Source: Deinococci bacterium
Lineage (GTDB): Bacteria; Deinococcota; Deinococci; Deinococcales; Trueperaceae
NCBI GenBank assembly: GCA_030149325.1
Contig: JASBRS010000076.1
Span: 15,290 to 79,289 of the forward strand
DNA length: 64,000 nt
Direction: 5' to 3'
In this document: one piece after another, positions 24,627-33,826 of the stretch
Layout: each line of letters starts with the position of its first letter
How positions within the stretch are numbered: the first letter of the stretch is position 1
Position numbers and translations under genes: made by a program
The notes under the pieces: generated by a model
The model's database searches: none
Told to the model about the DNA's origin: nothing
What the model saw: only the letters and a program-made list of their open reading frames with translations

Positions 24627-26836
24627 CCAGGTCGAGCGAGGCGAGCGGGATCGCGCCTCAGGAGTTCCGGCACGTCCACTACGGCTGGGACGATGCGGTG
24701 GCGGCGGGCTTGGATCCCGTCGAGCGGTTGGTGTACCGCTCCAACGTGCTCGGGTCGGATCAGCGCATCACCAACACCGGCGGCGGCAACACCAGCAGCA
24801 AGCTGTGGATGCCCGACCCGCTCACCGGCGATGACGTCGAGGTGCTGTGGGTGAAGGGCTCGGGCGGCGACCTGCGCACCTCGAAGCGGGAGAACTTCGC
24901 GTCGCTGACCATGGACAAGCTGCGTACCCTGCGCTCGCTGTACGAGGCCGACCCCCAGGGCGGACCCAAGTCGGCCGCCGAGGACCGCATGGTGGAGCTC
25001 TACGGGCACGCCGTCTACAACCTGAACCCGCGCCCCAGCTCGATCGACACGCCGCTGCACGCCTTCATCCCCTACCGGCACGTCGACCACACCCACCCCA
25101 ACGCCGTCATCGCGTTGGCGGCCGCCCAGGACGGCGAACGCCTGATGCAGGAGATCTACGGCGACGAGGTGGCATGGCTCCCCTGGCAGCGCCCCGGCTT
25201 CGACCTGGGGCTGGCGCTGGCCAGGACGATCGAGGCCCGCCCCGGCATCAAGGGGATCATCCTCGGTCAACACGGCCTCATCAACTGGGCCGACGACGAC
25301 AAGGAATGCTACGAGCTGTCGCTGCACCTCATCGAGCAGGCGGCGCGCGCCATCGAGGCCCGCGACAAGGGGGCCAGGACGTTCGGAGGCGCGCGCTACC
25401 AGGCACTGGAACCGGAACGTCGCGACGCCGTGCTGGCCGAGGTGCTGCCAACGCTGCGCGGGATGGTGTCGCAGGAGAAGCGCTTCATCGGCACCGTGCA
25501 GTCGGATGGGCCGGTGTTGCGCTTCGTGAACAGCACCGACGCGCCGCGCCTGGCGGAGCTCGGGACGTCCTGCCCCGACCACTTCCTGCGGACCAAGATC
25601 AAGCCGCTCTACGTCGACTGGGACCCGCAGACCGGCTCGAGCGAGTCGCTGATCGAGAAGCTGCGAGCCGGGCTCGAGCGCTACCGCGCCGATTACGCCG
25701 CCTACTACGAGACCTGCAAGCACGCCGACTCACCCGCGATGCGCGATCCCAACCCGACGGTGATCCTGGTGCCGGGGCTGGGCATGATCGCCTGGGGCAA
25801 GAGCAAGAGCGAGTCGCGCGTCACGGCCGAGTTCTACAACGCCGCCGTGGAGGTCATGCGCGGCGCCGAGGCCCTCGATCGCTACATCGCCCTGCCGCAG
25901 CAGGAGGCCTTCGACATCGAGTACTGGGCGCTGGAGGAGGCGAAGCTGCGGCGCATGCCGCCCGAGAAGGAGCTTGCACGGCGCGTGGTCGTGGTCATCG
26001 GTGCCGGTAGCGGCATCGGCAAGGCGACGGCGCTGCGCGTCGCGCGCGAGGGCGCGCACGTGGTGGCGGCCGACATGCACGGCGACGCCGCGCAGGAGAC
26101 CGCCGACGAGCTCACCCGGCGCCACGGCCAGGGCATCGGGGTCGCCGGCACCGGCATCAGCGGCTGCGGGCCGGCGGTGGGGCTGCCGGTGGACATCACC
26201 CGACGCGACAGCGTCCGGGAGTTGCTCGAGCGTGTGGCGCTCGCCTACGGCGGCCTCGACAGCATCATCGTCACGGCCGGCGTGTTCGTGCCCCCCGATC
26301 GCGAGGGGCGCGTGGCCGACGACAAGTGGGGGCTCACCTTCGCCGTCAACGTCACCGGCAGCTACATCGTGGCCGACGAGGCGCGCCGGGTGTGGGCCAA
26401 GCAGGGGCTGCCCGGCTCGCTGGTGCTCACCACCAGCGTGAACGCCACCGTGCCCAAGGCCGGCTCGCTGGCCTACGACGCCAGCAAGGCCGCCGCCAAC
26501 CACCTGGTACGCGAGCTCGCCATCGAGCTGGCGCCGCTGGTGCGGGTCAACGGGCTCGCCCCCGCAACCGTGGTGTACGGCAGCAGCATGTTCCCGCGCG
26601 AACGCGTCATCGCCTCGCTCACCAAGTACGGCATCGCCTTCTCCGAAGACGAGGACACCGAGGCCCTGCGCGACCGGCTGGCCTCGTTCTACGCCCAGCG
26701 CACCCTCACCAAGGTACCGGTGACGCTGGAGGACCAGGCCGAGGCCGCCTTCCTGCTGTGCAGCGACCGCCTGCCCAAGACGGCGGGCCAGATCGTGAGC
26801 GTCGACGGCGGGCTGGAACAGGCGTTCCTACGGTGA
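24623..26836 (+). CDS. rhaEW: bifunctional L-rhamnulose-1-phosphate aldolase / short-chain (lactaldehyde) dehydrogenase
   Basis: ATG 24623, after AAAGGAG, overlaps the rhaB stop (ATGA). N-terminal class-II aldolase-like domain (SNVLGSDQRITNTGGGNTSSK ... VDHTHPNAVIALAA). C-terminal SDR domain (VVVVIGAGSGIGKATALRVAREGAHVVAAD ... NATVPKAGSLAYDASKAAANHLVRELA). 737 aa. Confidence 0.9.
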   Translation: MTRSSEASGIAPQEFRHVHYGWDDAVAAGLDPVERLVYRSNVLGSDQRITNTGGGNTSSKLWMPDPLTGDDVEVLWVKGSGGDLRTSKRENFASLTMDKLRTLRSLYEADPQGGPKSAAEDRMVELYGHAVYNLNPRPSSIDTPLHAFIPYRHVDHTHPNAVIALAAAQDGERLMQEIYGDEVAWLPWQRPGFDLGLALARTIEARPGIKGIILGQHGLINWADDDKECYELSLHLIEQAARAIEARDKGARTFGGARYQALEPERRDAVLAEVLPTLRGMVSQEKRFIGTVQSDGPVLRFVNSTDAPRLAELGTSCPDHFLRTKIKPLYVDWDPQTGSSESLIEKLRAGLERYRADYAAYYETCKHADSPAMRDPNPTVILVPGLGMIAWGKSKSESRVTAEFYNAAVEVMRGAEALDRYIALPQQEAFDIEYWALEEAKLRRMPPEKELARRVVVVIGAGSGIGKATALRVAREGAHVVAADMHGDAAQETADELTRRHGQGIGVAGTGISGCGPAVGLPVDITRRDSVRELLERVALAYGGLDSIIVTAGVFVPPDREGRVADDKWGLTFAVNVTGSYIVADEARRVWAKQGLPGSLVLTTSVNATVPKAGSLAYDASKAAANHLVRELAIELAPLVRVNGLAPATVVYGSSMFPRERVIASLTKYGIAFSEDEDTEALRDRLASFYAQRTLTKVPVTLEDQAEAAFLLCSDRLPKTAGQIVSVDGGLEQAFLR

Positions 26837-26840
26837 CGGC

Positions 26841-29561
26841 GTGAGCGGCACCGGGACTCCACTCGAGCCGCATCGGCTGCGCTGCGAGTACCAGGTCGAC
26901 CCGATCGGCCTGGGTGAGCCGCGCCCCCGCCTGTCGTGGGAGCCGGTCGGTGAGGGACGCGGACGGCGCCAGACGGCCTATCGACTGCGCGTTGCCAGCA
27001 GTGCCGAGGTGCTCGCCACCGGCACGGGCGACGTGTGGGACACCGGCAAGGTGGCCTCCGACGCCACCTTCGGCGTGGCGTACGACGGCCCGGCGCTGAC
27101 GAGCGGGACGCGCTACCACTGGACGGTCGTGCTGTGGGACGAGCACGACCGTCCCTCCCACGGTGACGCCCGGGCGTTCTGGGAGATGGGCCTGCTCGAG
27201 CCCGACGCCTGGACCGCCCAGTGGATCGCCGTCAACGACGAGGCCATCCCGGGCGTCGAGCCCCCCGGGAGCCCCACCGAATCCCCCTACGAGCTGGGCC
27301 GCTGGATGGAGCCCGCCAGCTACCTCCGCAAGGAGTTCGCGATCGACGCCCCCGTCCGACGCGCCCGCGCCTACGTCACCGCACGCGGGCTCTACGAGCT
27401 TCACCTCAACGGCCGCGTGGTCGGCGACGAGGTACTCCGCCCGGGCTGGACCGATTACCACCGCCGCATCCAGGTACAGGCCTACGACGTCACCCCGTAC
27501 CTGCAGGAGGGCGTGAACTGCGTTGGCGCGATCCTGGCGGACGGCTGGTACGCCGGCCACCTGGGCTTCTCCTCGAAACAACGCGGCTTCCTCTACGGCA
27601 ACCGCAGTAGCCTGCTCGCCCAGCTCCACCTCGATCTCGAGGACGGTCGGACGGTCGTGATCGGCTCCGACCCGTCGTGGCGGAGCAGCTTCGGCGACAT
27701 CCTCTACGCCGACCTGCTGATGGGACAGAAGATCGACCATCGCCGCAGCCTCGGCGCCTGGGACGCGGCCGGCTACGACGACGCCGGTTGGCTCCCCGCC
27801 GACCCCGCCCCACCGACCGACGTCGCGCTGGTCGCCAGCGCCGCTCCACCGGTGCGAGTGGTCGACGAGCTGGAGCCCGCGTCCATCGAGGAGCTCGGGC
27901 CCGGCGTCTTCACCGTGGACTTCGGCCAGAACGCCGTGGGCTGGGTCCGGCTCGAGGTCGAGGGCGACGCCGGCACCACTCTGGAGGTCCGTCACGCCGA
28001 GGCCCTCGACGCCGACGGCACCGTCTACCTCGACAACCTGCGGACCGCGGAGCAGCGCGACGTGTTCGTCCTCGCCGGCGGGGGCCCGGAGGTCTTCGAG
28101 CCGCGCTTCACCTTCCACGGATTCCGCTACGCGGAGGTCCGCGGCTACCCGGGGCAGCTCGCCGCCGACAGGATCCGGCTGCGGGTGGTCGCCACCGACG
28201 TACCGCCGGCGGGCTCCTTCGCCTGCTCGAACGAGATGGTCAACCGGCTCCACAGCAACATCGTGTGGGGGCAGCGCGGCAACTACCTGAGCGTGCCCAC
28301 CGACTGCCCGCAGCGCGACGAGCGCCTCGGGTGGACTTCCGATGCGCAGGCCTTCCTCCGCACGGGTACGTTCATCGCCGACGTTGCCGGCTTCTTCAGC
28401 AAGTGGATGACCGACGTGACCGACGCGCAGAGTCCTAACGGAGCGTTCCCGGACGTGGCGCCGCGCATCCACATGGTGCGCGACGGCGCGCCCGGCTGGG
28501 CGGACGCCGGGGTGCTGGTGCCGTGGACGCTGCTCGAGGTCTACGGTGACATGCGCCTGGTCGAGCGGCTCTGGGACCCCATGGAGCGCTGGATGGACTA
28601 CCTCCGCCGCGCCAACCCCGACTTCGTCCGCGCCCACCGCCGCAACAACGACTACGGGGACTGGCTGCACGTCGATGCGCCCACCCCCAAGGACCTGTTG
28701 GCCACCGCCTTCTGGGCGTGCGACGCCCAAGCGATGGCGGCGATGGCTCAGGCGACCGGACGCGACGAGCGCGCAACGGCGTACCGCGAGCTCTTCGAGG
28801 CGATCCGCCTGCGCTTCGTCGACCACTACGTGAGCGACGACGGGACCGTGCTAGGCGACAGCCAGACCGGCTACCTGCTGGCACTCGCCTTCGACCTGCT
28901 CCCCGAGGGGCTGCGGCCGAAGGCCACCGCGCACCTGGTGCGCACGATCGACGAGCGCGCCGGCCACCTGTCGACCGGCTTCCTGGGCATCCGCTTCCTG
29001 GCACCGGTGCTCACGGCGGTGGGCCGCTCCGACCTCGCCTACCGGCTGCTCCTCAACGAGACCTACCCGTCGTGGGGCTACTCCATCCGGCACGGCGCCA
29101 CCACCATCTGGGAGCGTTGGGACGGCTGGACCGAGGAGCGGGGCTTCCAGACGCCCGCGATGAACTCGCTCAACCACTACGCCTTCGGCTCCATCGGGGA
29201 GTGGCTCTACCGCTCCGTCGCCGGCATCGACCAGGAGCCCGGAGCCGTGGCCTACGACCGCATCCTGATCCGTCCGCAGCTCGGCGGCGACCTGACCTGG
29301 GCGCGGGCGAGCTACCACGGCATACGCGGCGTCGTCCGGAGCGCTTGGAAGCTCGAGGGGAACACCTTCGAGCTCGAGGTCGAGGTGCCCGTCAACACCG
29401 TGGCCACGGTGGTGCTGCCGGCACGGGCGGTCGACGCCGTCCGCGAGGGCGGTCGGCCCATCCCGGACGCGGAAGGGGTCGTGGTGCACGGGGTCGACGA
29501 GGGTGGGCTCGTCCTGGAGGTCGGCTCCGGGTCGTACGACTTCGCGGTCGCACCCGGCTAG
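26841..29561 (+). CDS. alpha-L-rhamnosidase, glycoside hydrolase family 78
   Basis: 906 aa. Motifs: QTAYRLRVASS, YHWTVVLWDE, ARGLYELHLNGRVVGDEVLRPGWTDY, VPTDCPQRDERLGWTSDAQAF and LNHYAFGSIGEWLY. No signal peptide, so it is predicted to be intracellular. Confidence 0.9.
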   Translation: MSGTGTPLEPHRLRCEYQVDPIGLGEPRPRLSWEPVGEGRGRRQTAYRLRVASSAEVLATGTGDVWDTGKVASDATFGVAYDGPALTSGTRYHWTVVLWDEHDRPSHGDARAFWEMGLLEPDAWTAQWIAVNDEAIPGVEPPGSPTESPYELGRWMEPASYLRKEFAIDAPVRRARAYVTARGLYELHLNGRVVGDEVLRPGWTDYHRRIQVQAYDVTPYLQEGVNCVGAILADGWYAGHLGFSSKQRGFLYGNRSSLLAQLHLDLEDGRTVVIGSDPSWRSSFGDILYADLLMGQKIDHRRSLGAWDAAGYDDAGWLPADPAPPTDVALVASAAPPVRVVDELEPASIEELGPGVFTVDFGQNAVGWVRLEVEGDAGTTLEVRHAEALDADGTVYLDNLRTAEQRDVFVLAGGGPEVFEPRFTFHGFRYAEVRGYPGQLAADRIRLRVVATDVPPAGSFACSNEMVNRLHSNIVWGQRGNYLSVPTDCPQRDERLGWTSDAQAFLRTGTFIADVAGFFSKWMTDVTDAQSPNGAFPDVAPRIHMVRDGAPGWADAGVLVPWTLLEVYGDMRLVERLWDPMERWMDYLRRANPDFVRAHRRNNDYGDWLHVDAPTPKDLLATAFWACDAQAMAAMAQATGRDERATAYRELFEAIRLRFVDHYVSDDGTVLGDSQTGYLLALAFDLLPEGLRPKATAHLVRTIDERAGHLSTGFLGIRFLAPVLTAVGRSDLAYRLLLNETYPSWGYSIRHGATTIWERWDGWTEERGFQTPAMNSLNHYAFGSIGEWLYRSVAGIDQEPGAVAYDRILIRPQLGGDLTWARASYHGIRGVVRSAWKLEGNTFELEVEVPVNTVATVVLPARAVDAVREGGRPIPDAEGVVVHGVDEGGLVLEVGSGSYDFAVAPG

Positions 29562-31168
29562 CGGCGCCCGAGCTCCTTCAGCGCCCGGTTGGCCGCCAGC
29601 TTGCCGGTGAGGAACCCCATGGGCACGCCGCCGGGGCTGTACGCCCACTGCCCCGCCTGGAACACCCCCGGGATGGGCGTCAGCACCGACCTCGCCACCC
29701 GCTGCATCTGGTGGACCGCGGGCATGTGGGGACCGTCGAAGGCCCAGCCGACGATGGCGCCGTCGGTGTTGCCGGTGTAGCGCTCGATCGTGAGCGGGGT
29801 GCTCATGAAGCGGCCGAGGACCTTCGCCGCCAGCCCGGGGTAGAGCCTCTCGGCGATGGCCGCGGTCATGGCGTCGGCGGCGGTCTCGCGGAAGCTGTCG
29901 TACCAGCCGGACTCCTGGATGCGGCGGGTGAGGCGGTAGTCGAACAGGCAGCTCACGATCACGCCGGTCTTCCCCGGCGGCGACATGGCCGGGTCACGCA
30001 GGGAGGGGATCGAGATCTCGTAGGTGGTCCGGGCGAACCAGGTGTCCAGGTAGCCCTGAACCGCCGCCTCGGGCAGCGGGCCGTCGCCGTACTCCGCGAG
30101 CAGGCTCTCGAGGCCGGTCGTGTGATGATCGCCCAGCCCGCGGGCGTCGGGCGTGTAGAAGAAGTGCCCTTCGGCTACCTCCCCGAAGACCTCGGGTGGG
30201 GCGTCGACCGACAGGAAGAGCGAGATCACGGAGTCGCTGCCGGTGCAGGCCTCGAGCTCGGCGCGGCGTCCGGCGATCGAGCCCGCGAGCCTCGGATCGG
30301 CGATCGACGAAGGATCGATGGCACGGTAGAGCGCCTTGAGGTCGGCGCACCAGATCAGCGTGCGGTAGGTTGTCACGCCGCCATCGCGGTCGGTGACGGT
30401 CCTCGCTTCGGGGTCGACGTGGACCACCGGCAGCTCGGTCCGCACCGTCGCGCCGTGGTCCCGCACGTAGCCCTCGAGCAGCGCCATCAAGGCCGCGGTG
30501 CCGCCCCGCGGGTAGAGGTAGTCGAGGTAGACGCTGAAGTAGCTCATGGCGAAGAAGGCGGGCGTGCCCTTGAAGAAGTGCTGCCCGATGATGCTCTTCA
30601 GGCCCGTGTCGTCCGTGAGGTCGTCGAGCAGCGCCTCGAACGGACCCCCCATGCGGTTGATGCGGCGGATGGTGGCAGCGAAGCGGAGCATCCAGGGGAG
30701 CAGCGTGCGGAAGAGGTAGCGGCGGTCCTTCATCACGTCCTTGAACAACGGGTTGTCGATCCCGTACAGGACGTCCATGTCGTTCATGACGGCCTCGATC
30801 ACCTTCAAGATGCTGTCGATGCCCTCAGCGCTGTCGGGGTAGTAGCGCAACAGCAGCTCGCGGTAGTCGGCGAGCGACGCCCGCGTGTCGACCCGGATCA
30901 CGTGGTCCTCGATGCCGATCGAGACCGGACTGGGCACGAACTCGAGGCTCAGGCCGAGCTCCTCGAGCATGGGCAGGACGATGCCGGCGCTCTCGACGGC
31001 GCGCGGTCCCATGTCGAAGACGATGCCGTCACGCTCCACCGATTGCACCAGCCCACCCAGCTTGGCCTGGCGATCGAACACGACCACCGAGCGTCCCGCC
31101 CGAGCCGCGTAGGCCGAGGCGGCCAGGCCTGCGGCGCCGCCCCCCACCACCACCACGTCAGATGTCAT
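29558..31168 (-). CDS. FAD-dependent oxidoreductase of the phytoene-desaturase (CrtI/CrtD/CrtO/RetSat-like) family
   Basis: Dinucleotide fold DVVVVGGGAAGLAASAYAARAGRSVVVFDRQAKLGGL. 536 aa. C-terminal FAD-closing motif VFQAGQWAYSPGGVPMGFLTGKLAA. Substrate not assignable from sequence alone. Confidence 0.8.
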   Translation of the reverse strand: MTSDVVVVGGGAAGLAASAYAARAGRSVVVFDRQAKLGGLVQSVERDGIVFDMGPRAVESAGIVLPMLEELGLSLEFVPSPVSIGIEDHVIRVDTRASLADYRELLLRYYPDSAEGIDSILKVIEAVMNDMDVLYGIDNPLFKDVMKDRRYLFRTLLPWMLRFAATIRRINRMGGPFEALLDDLTDDTGLKSIIGQHFFKGTPAFFAMSYFSVYLDYLYPRGGTAALMALLEGYVRDHGATVRTELPVVHVDPEARTVTDRDGGVTTYRTLIWCADLKALYRAIDPSSIADPRLAGSIAGRRAELEACTGSDSVISLFLSVDAPPEVFGEVAEGHFFYTPDARGLGDHHTTGLESLLAEYGDGPLPEAAVQGYLDTWFARTTYEISIPSLRDPAMSPPGKTGVIVSCLFDYRLTRRIQESGWYDSFRETAADAMTAAIAERLYPGLAAKVLGRFMSTPLTIERYTGNTDGAIVGWAFDGPHMPAVHQMQRVARSVLTPIPGVFQAGQWAYSPGGVPMGFLTGKLAANRALKELGRR

Positions 31169-32099
31169 CGTCTACCCCCGTCAGCTCCAGCGTGCGTTGC
31201 CACAGGTCGCGTCCCACCCTCCGGTCGAGCGCGTGCGGCGCGGGCTTCTCCAGGTGCGTCTTGTTGAAGTAGCGGCCGCTGACCCCCTCGAGCTCCGGTG
31301 CGGCGGCGAGCGTGTGCAGGGACTCGCCCGCCACGCGCGCGTCGGCCAGCCAGGGATCGACCAGGCGCCGCTGGTACCAGCGGTAGAGCGGCCCGTTGTT
31401 GAGGCCGATGCCGGTGCGGACCTCGCCGGGATGCATGGCGTTGACGGTGACGCCGCTCCCCTCGAGGCGGTCGGCGAGCTCCCAGACGCTCAGCAACTGC
31501 GCCGTCTTCGAAGCCCCGTAGGCGCGCAGTCCCAGGAAGAGCCGACGCCGCCACGTCAGGTCGCGCAGGTCGAGGCCGCCGAAGCGGTGGCCCTGCGAGT
31601 TGACCTGGAGGATCCGACCTCGCCCCGCCTCCCGCATCCGCGGGAGCAGGCGGACGGTCAGCAGGAAGGGCGCGAGGTGGTTGACGCCGAAGGTGAGCTC
31701 GTTCCCTTCGTCGGTGAGCTGCCTCCGTGTCGTGTACACCCCGGCGCTGTTGATGAGGACGTCGATCCGCTCGTGGGCGTCGAGCAGCTCCTCGGCCACG
31801 CGCTCGACCTCGGCCAGGCGGGCGAAGTCGGCCAGGTGCAGCGAGGGGTCCGCCCCGAAGTCCCGTCGCAACGCCTCCCGCACAGCCTGCGCCTTGGCCT
31901 CGTTGCGCGCCAGGAGCACCAGCCGACCCCCCGCCCTGGCCACCTCCCGGGCCGCGGCCAGGCCGACCCCGGAGGAGGACCCCGCGATCACCACCGTCTT
32001 GCCGGCCAACGACGCCTCCGTCCGCCGGTGCGGACGTCGCTGGTTCCGCAGCATGGCGCGCAGATCGGCCATCCGGTACTCCTTCAGGTACGGGAACAT
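31158..32099 (-). CDS. SDR-family oxidoreductase (retinol-dehydrogenase/WWOX-like subgroup)
   Basis: GKTVVIAGSSSGVGLAAAREVARAGGRLVLLARN (TGxxxGxG variant), INSAG, and YGASK (catalytic YxxxK). Its stop overlaps the start of the flavoprotein gene by 11 nt. Confidence 0.85.
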   Translation of the reverse strand: MFPYLKEYRMADLRAMLRNQRRPHRRTEASLAGKTVVIAGSSSGVGLAAAREVARAGGRLVLLARNEAKAQAVREALRRDFGADPSLHLADFARLAEVERVAEELLDAHERIDVLINSAGVYTTRRQLTDEGNELTFGVNHLAPFLLTVRLLPRMREAGRGRILQVNSQGHRFGGLDLRDLTWRRRLFLGLRAYGASKTAQLLSVWELADRLEGSGVTVNAMHPGEVRTGIGLNNGPLYRWYQRRLVDPWLADARVAGESLHTLAAAPELEGVSGRYFNKTHLEKPAPHALDRRVGRDLWQRTLELTGVDDDI

Positions 32100-32102
32100 C
32101 GG

Positions 32103-32534
32103 CTACCCGAACCTCCACCGCATGAAGCGGCGGTACAGCCGCGCGAAGCCGGGGATGTTGTCGAAGATGTCGCCCCACAGGTCGTAGTAGTCGCGCTGGC
32201 CCACGATCAGGCCGTCCTCGCCGAGCGTCAGCTTGGTGCAGCCGTGGAGCGTCGAGCTGGGGTAGCGCTGGAACATCAGCGTCATCTCCCACTCCAGGAA
32301 GATGACGTTCTCCGTCTGCGACACGTCGATGATGTGCATGCGCAGCTCACGGCAGCGATCGGCGAGCCGGTTGCACAGGGCCTCGAACGCCGGGCGCCCC
32401 TCGACGCGCTGGATGACGTCCTGGAAGACGATGTCGTCGCGGTAGTAGGGGAAGAGGTGCGACCAGTCGGGCTTCCCGTGCGTGTTGTAGGTACGCGACC
32501 ACAGCTCACGCACGGTGTCCGGGTCGAGGCTCAC
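32103..32534 (-). CDS. NTF2/SnoaL-like fold protein
   Basis: The last 143 aa of ORF 32103..33107, starting at GTG 32534 (VSLDPDTVRELWSRTYNTHGKPDWSHLFPYYRDDIVFQDVIQRVEGRPAFEALCNRL...IFLEWEMTL...KLTLGEDGLIVGQRDYYD). The GTG overlaps the upstream stop (GTGA). Confidence 0.6.
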   Translation of the reverse strand: MSLDPDTVRELWSRTYNTHGKPDWSHLFPYYRDDIVFQDVIQRVEGRPAFEALCNRLADRCRELRMHIIDVSQTENVIFLEWEMTLMFQRYPSSTLHGCTKLTLGEDGLIVGQRDYYDLWGDIFDNIPGFARLYRRFMRWRFG

Positions 32535-32977
32535 GAGGCACCGTAGCGCGCGACGTAGACCACGACTGCGACGCCGAACACCAGGATGAAGGCGGCGATC
32601 ATGAGGGCCAGCGTCCGCGAGTACCCGCGCGGGACGACCTGCCCCTCCCGGTCCATCCGCGTGACCGCCGGGTAGAGGCGGCTGTAGAAGGTCAGGATCG
32701 AGAAGATCAGCGCGATGCCGCTGAACACCTTCGTGGTGGGAGAGCCGGTGAGGATGATGCCGATCAGCAGCACGATGAAGATGAGCTTGGTGCCGGCCAC
32801 CCAGTCGATCAGGTACCGCACCAGGGCGTGGACGTGGGGGTCCTCCTTCGATCGCTCGAAGGCGCGGAACACGCCCACCGCGTTGCCTCGCCGGGATCCG
32901 GGGGCGAGGTAGAGCGTCAGGACGTTGGCGAGCTCCACCGCGCAGAACACGGCGAGCGCGACGGACAGCACATCCAT
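32531..32977 (-). CDS. small integral membrane protein (4 predicted TM helices), unknown function
   Basis: 148 aa with hydrophobic spans VLSVALAVFCAVELANVLTLYL, LIFIVLLIGIILTG, VFSGIALIFSILTFY and LALMIAAFILVFGVAVVVYVA. It is the first gene of the 4-gene minus-strand operon. Confidence 0.55.
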   Translation of the reverse strand: MDVLSVALAVFCAVELANVLTLYLAPGSRRGNAVGVFRAFERSKEDPHVHALVRYLIDWVAGTKLIFIVLLIGIILTGSPTTKVFSGIALIFSILTFYSRLYPAVTRMDREGQVVPRGYSRTLALMIAAFILVFGVAVVVYVARYGAS

Positions 32978-33220
32978 GGCCGACCTCCGATGGGCCCCAC
33001 CGGGATCGCCGTGGAGCCGGTACGTAGCCGAGCGGCACCGCCGGCACCCTGCCGTGGGACGCCGCCCAGCGCGCAGGGGACCGACCTAGCCCTGAGGGTT
33101 CCCCCAAGGTACCACGCGGTACCCCGGTTCCTCGGTACGACCGAACCGGCCCGTGGCGTACGCTCGCCGCGAGCGCCCCCGACGCGGGCGTGCGGTACCA
33201 TCGAGGTCGAGGCGAACCCC

Positions 33221-33826
33221 ATGAACCCGGCCTCCGAGATCGCGCTCGCCGCCCTGACCGCGTTCGTCAGCGGCTCGCTGCCGTTCGCGTCCTGGATCCT
33301 GCGGCTGACGGCGAAGCGAGACGTCCGCGCGGTCGCGGACGGCAACCCGGGAGCCACCAACGTCTTCCGAGCGGGCGGCGCGGCCGCCGGTGTGGCCGTG
33401 CTCCTGCTCGACGTCACCAAGGGGGTGCTGCCGGTCGTCCTCGCTCAGGAGGTGTTCGGCCTCGACGGCTGGGCGTTGGCGCTCGCGGCCGCCCTGCCCG
33501 TGGTCGGCGCCGCGTTCTCGCCCCTCCTCTCCTTCCGCGGCGGCAAGGCCCTCGCCGTGACGCTGGGGACCTGGATCGGCCTCACCACCTGGACGGTCCC
33601 CCTCGTCGCGCTCGTCACGGTCGTGATCGCGACGCTCCTGATCGAGCCCGAAGGCTGGGCGGTCGTGGCCGCCCTGACGGCGATGCTGCTGGCCGTGGCG
33701 CTGTGGGTCCCCGACCGCTGGCTGGTGGCAGCGTTGCTCGCTCAGTCGGTCGTCCTGCTGTGGAAGCTGCGGACCCACCTCGGGGCGCCGCCTCGACGCC
33801 GCCGCCCGCGGGGGCGGGTGCCGTGA
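33221..33826 (+). CDS. plsY: PlsY-family acyl-phosphate:glycerol-3-phosphate acyltransferase homologue
   Basis: ATG 33221. GSLPFASWILRLTAKRDVRAVADGNPGATNVFRAGG...LLLDVTKGVLPV ... SPLLSFRGGKALAVTLG. These are the three conserved PlsY motifs (GS.P, GSGN.GATN in the variant DGNPGATN, and F.GGKG/A.A). 201 aa, multi-TM. Confidence 0.8.
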   Translation: MNPASEIALAALTAFVSGSLPFASWILRLTAKRDVRAVADGNPGATNVFRAGGAAAGVAVLLLDVTKGVLPVVLAQEVFGLDGWALALAAALPVVGAAFSPLLSFRGGKALAVTLGTWIGLTTWTVPLVALVTVVIATLLIEPEGWAVVAALTAMLLAVALWVPDRWLVAALLAQSVVLLWKLRTHLGAPPRRRRPRGRVP

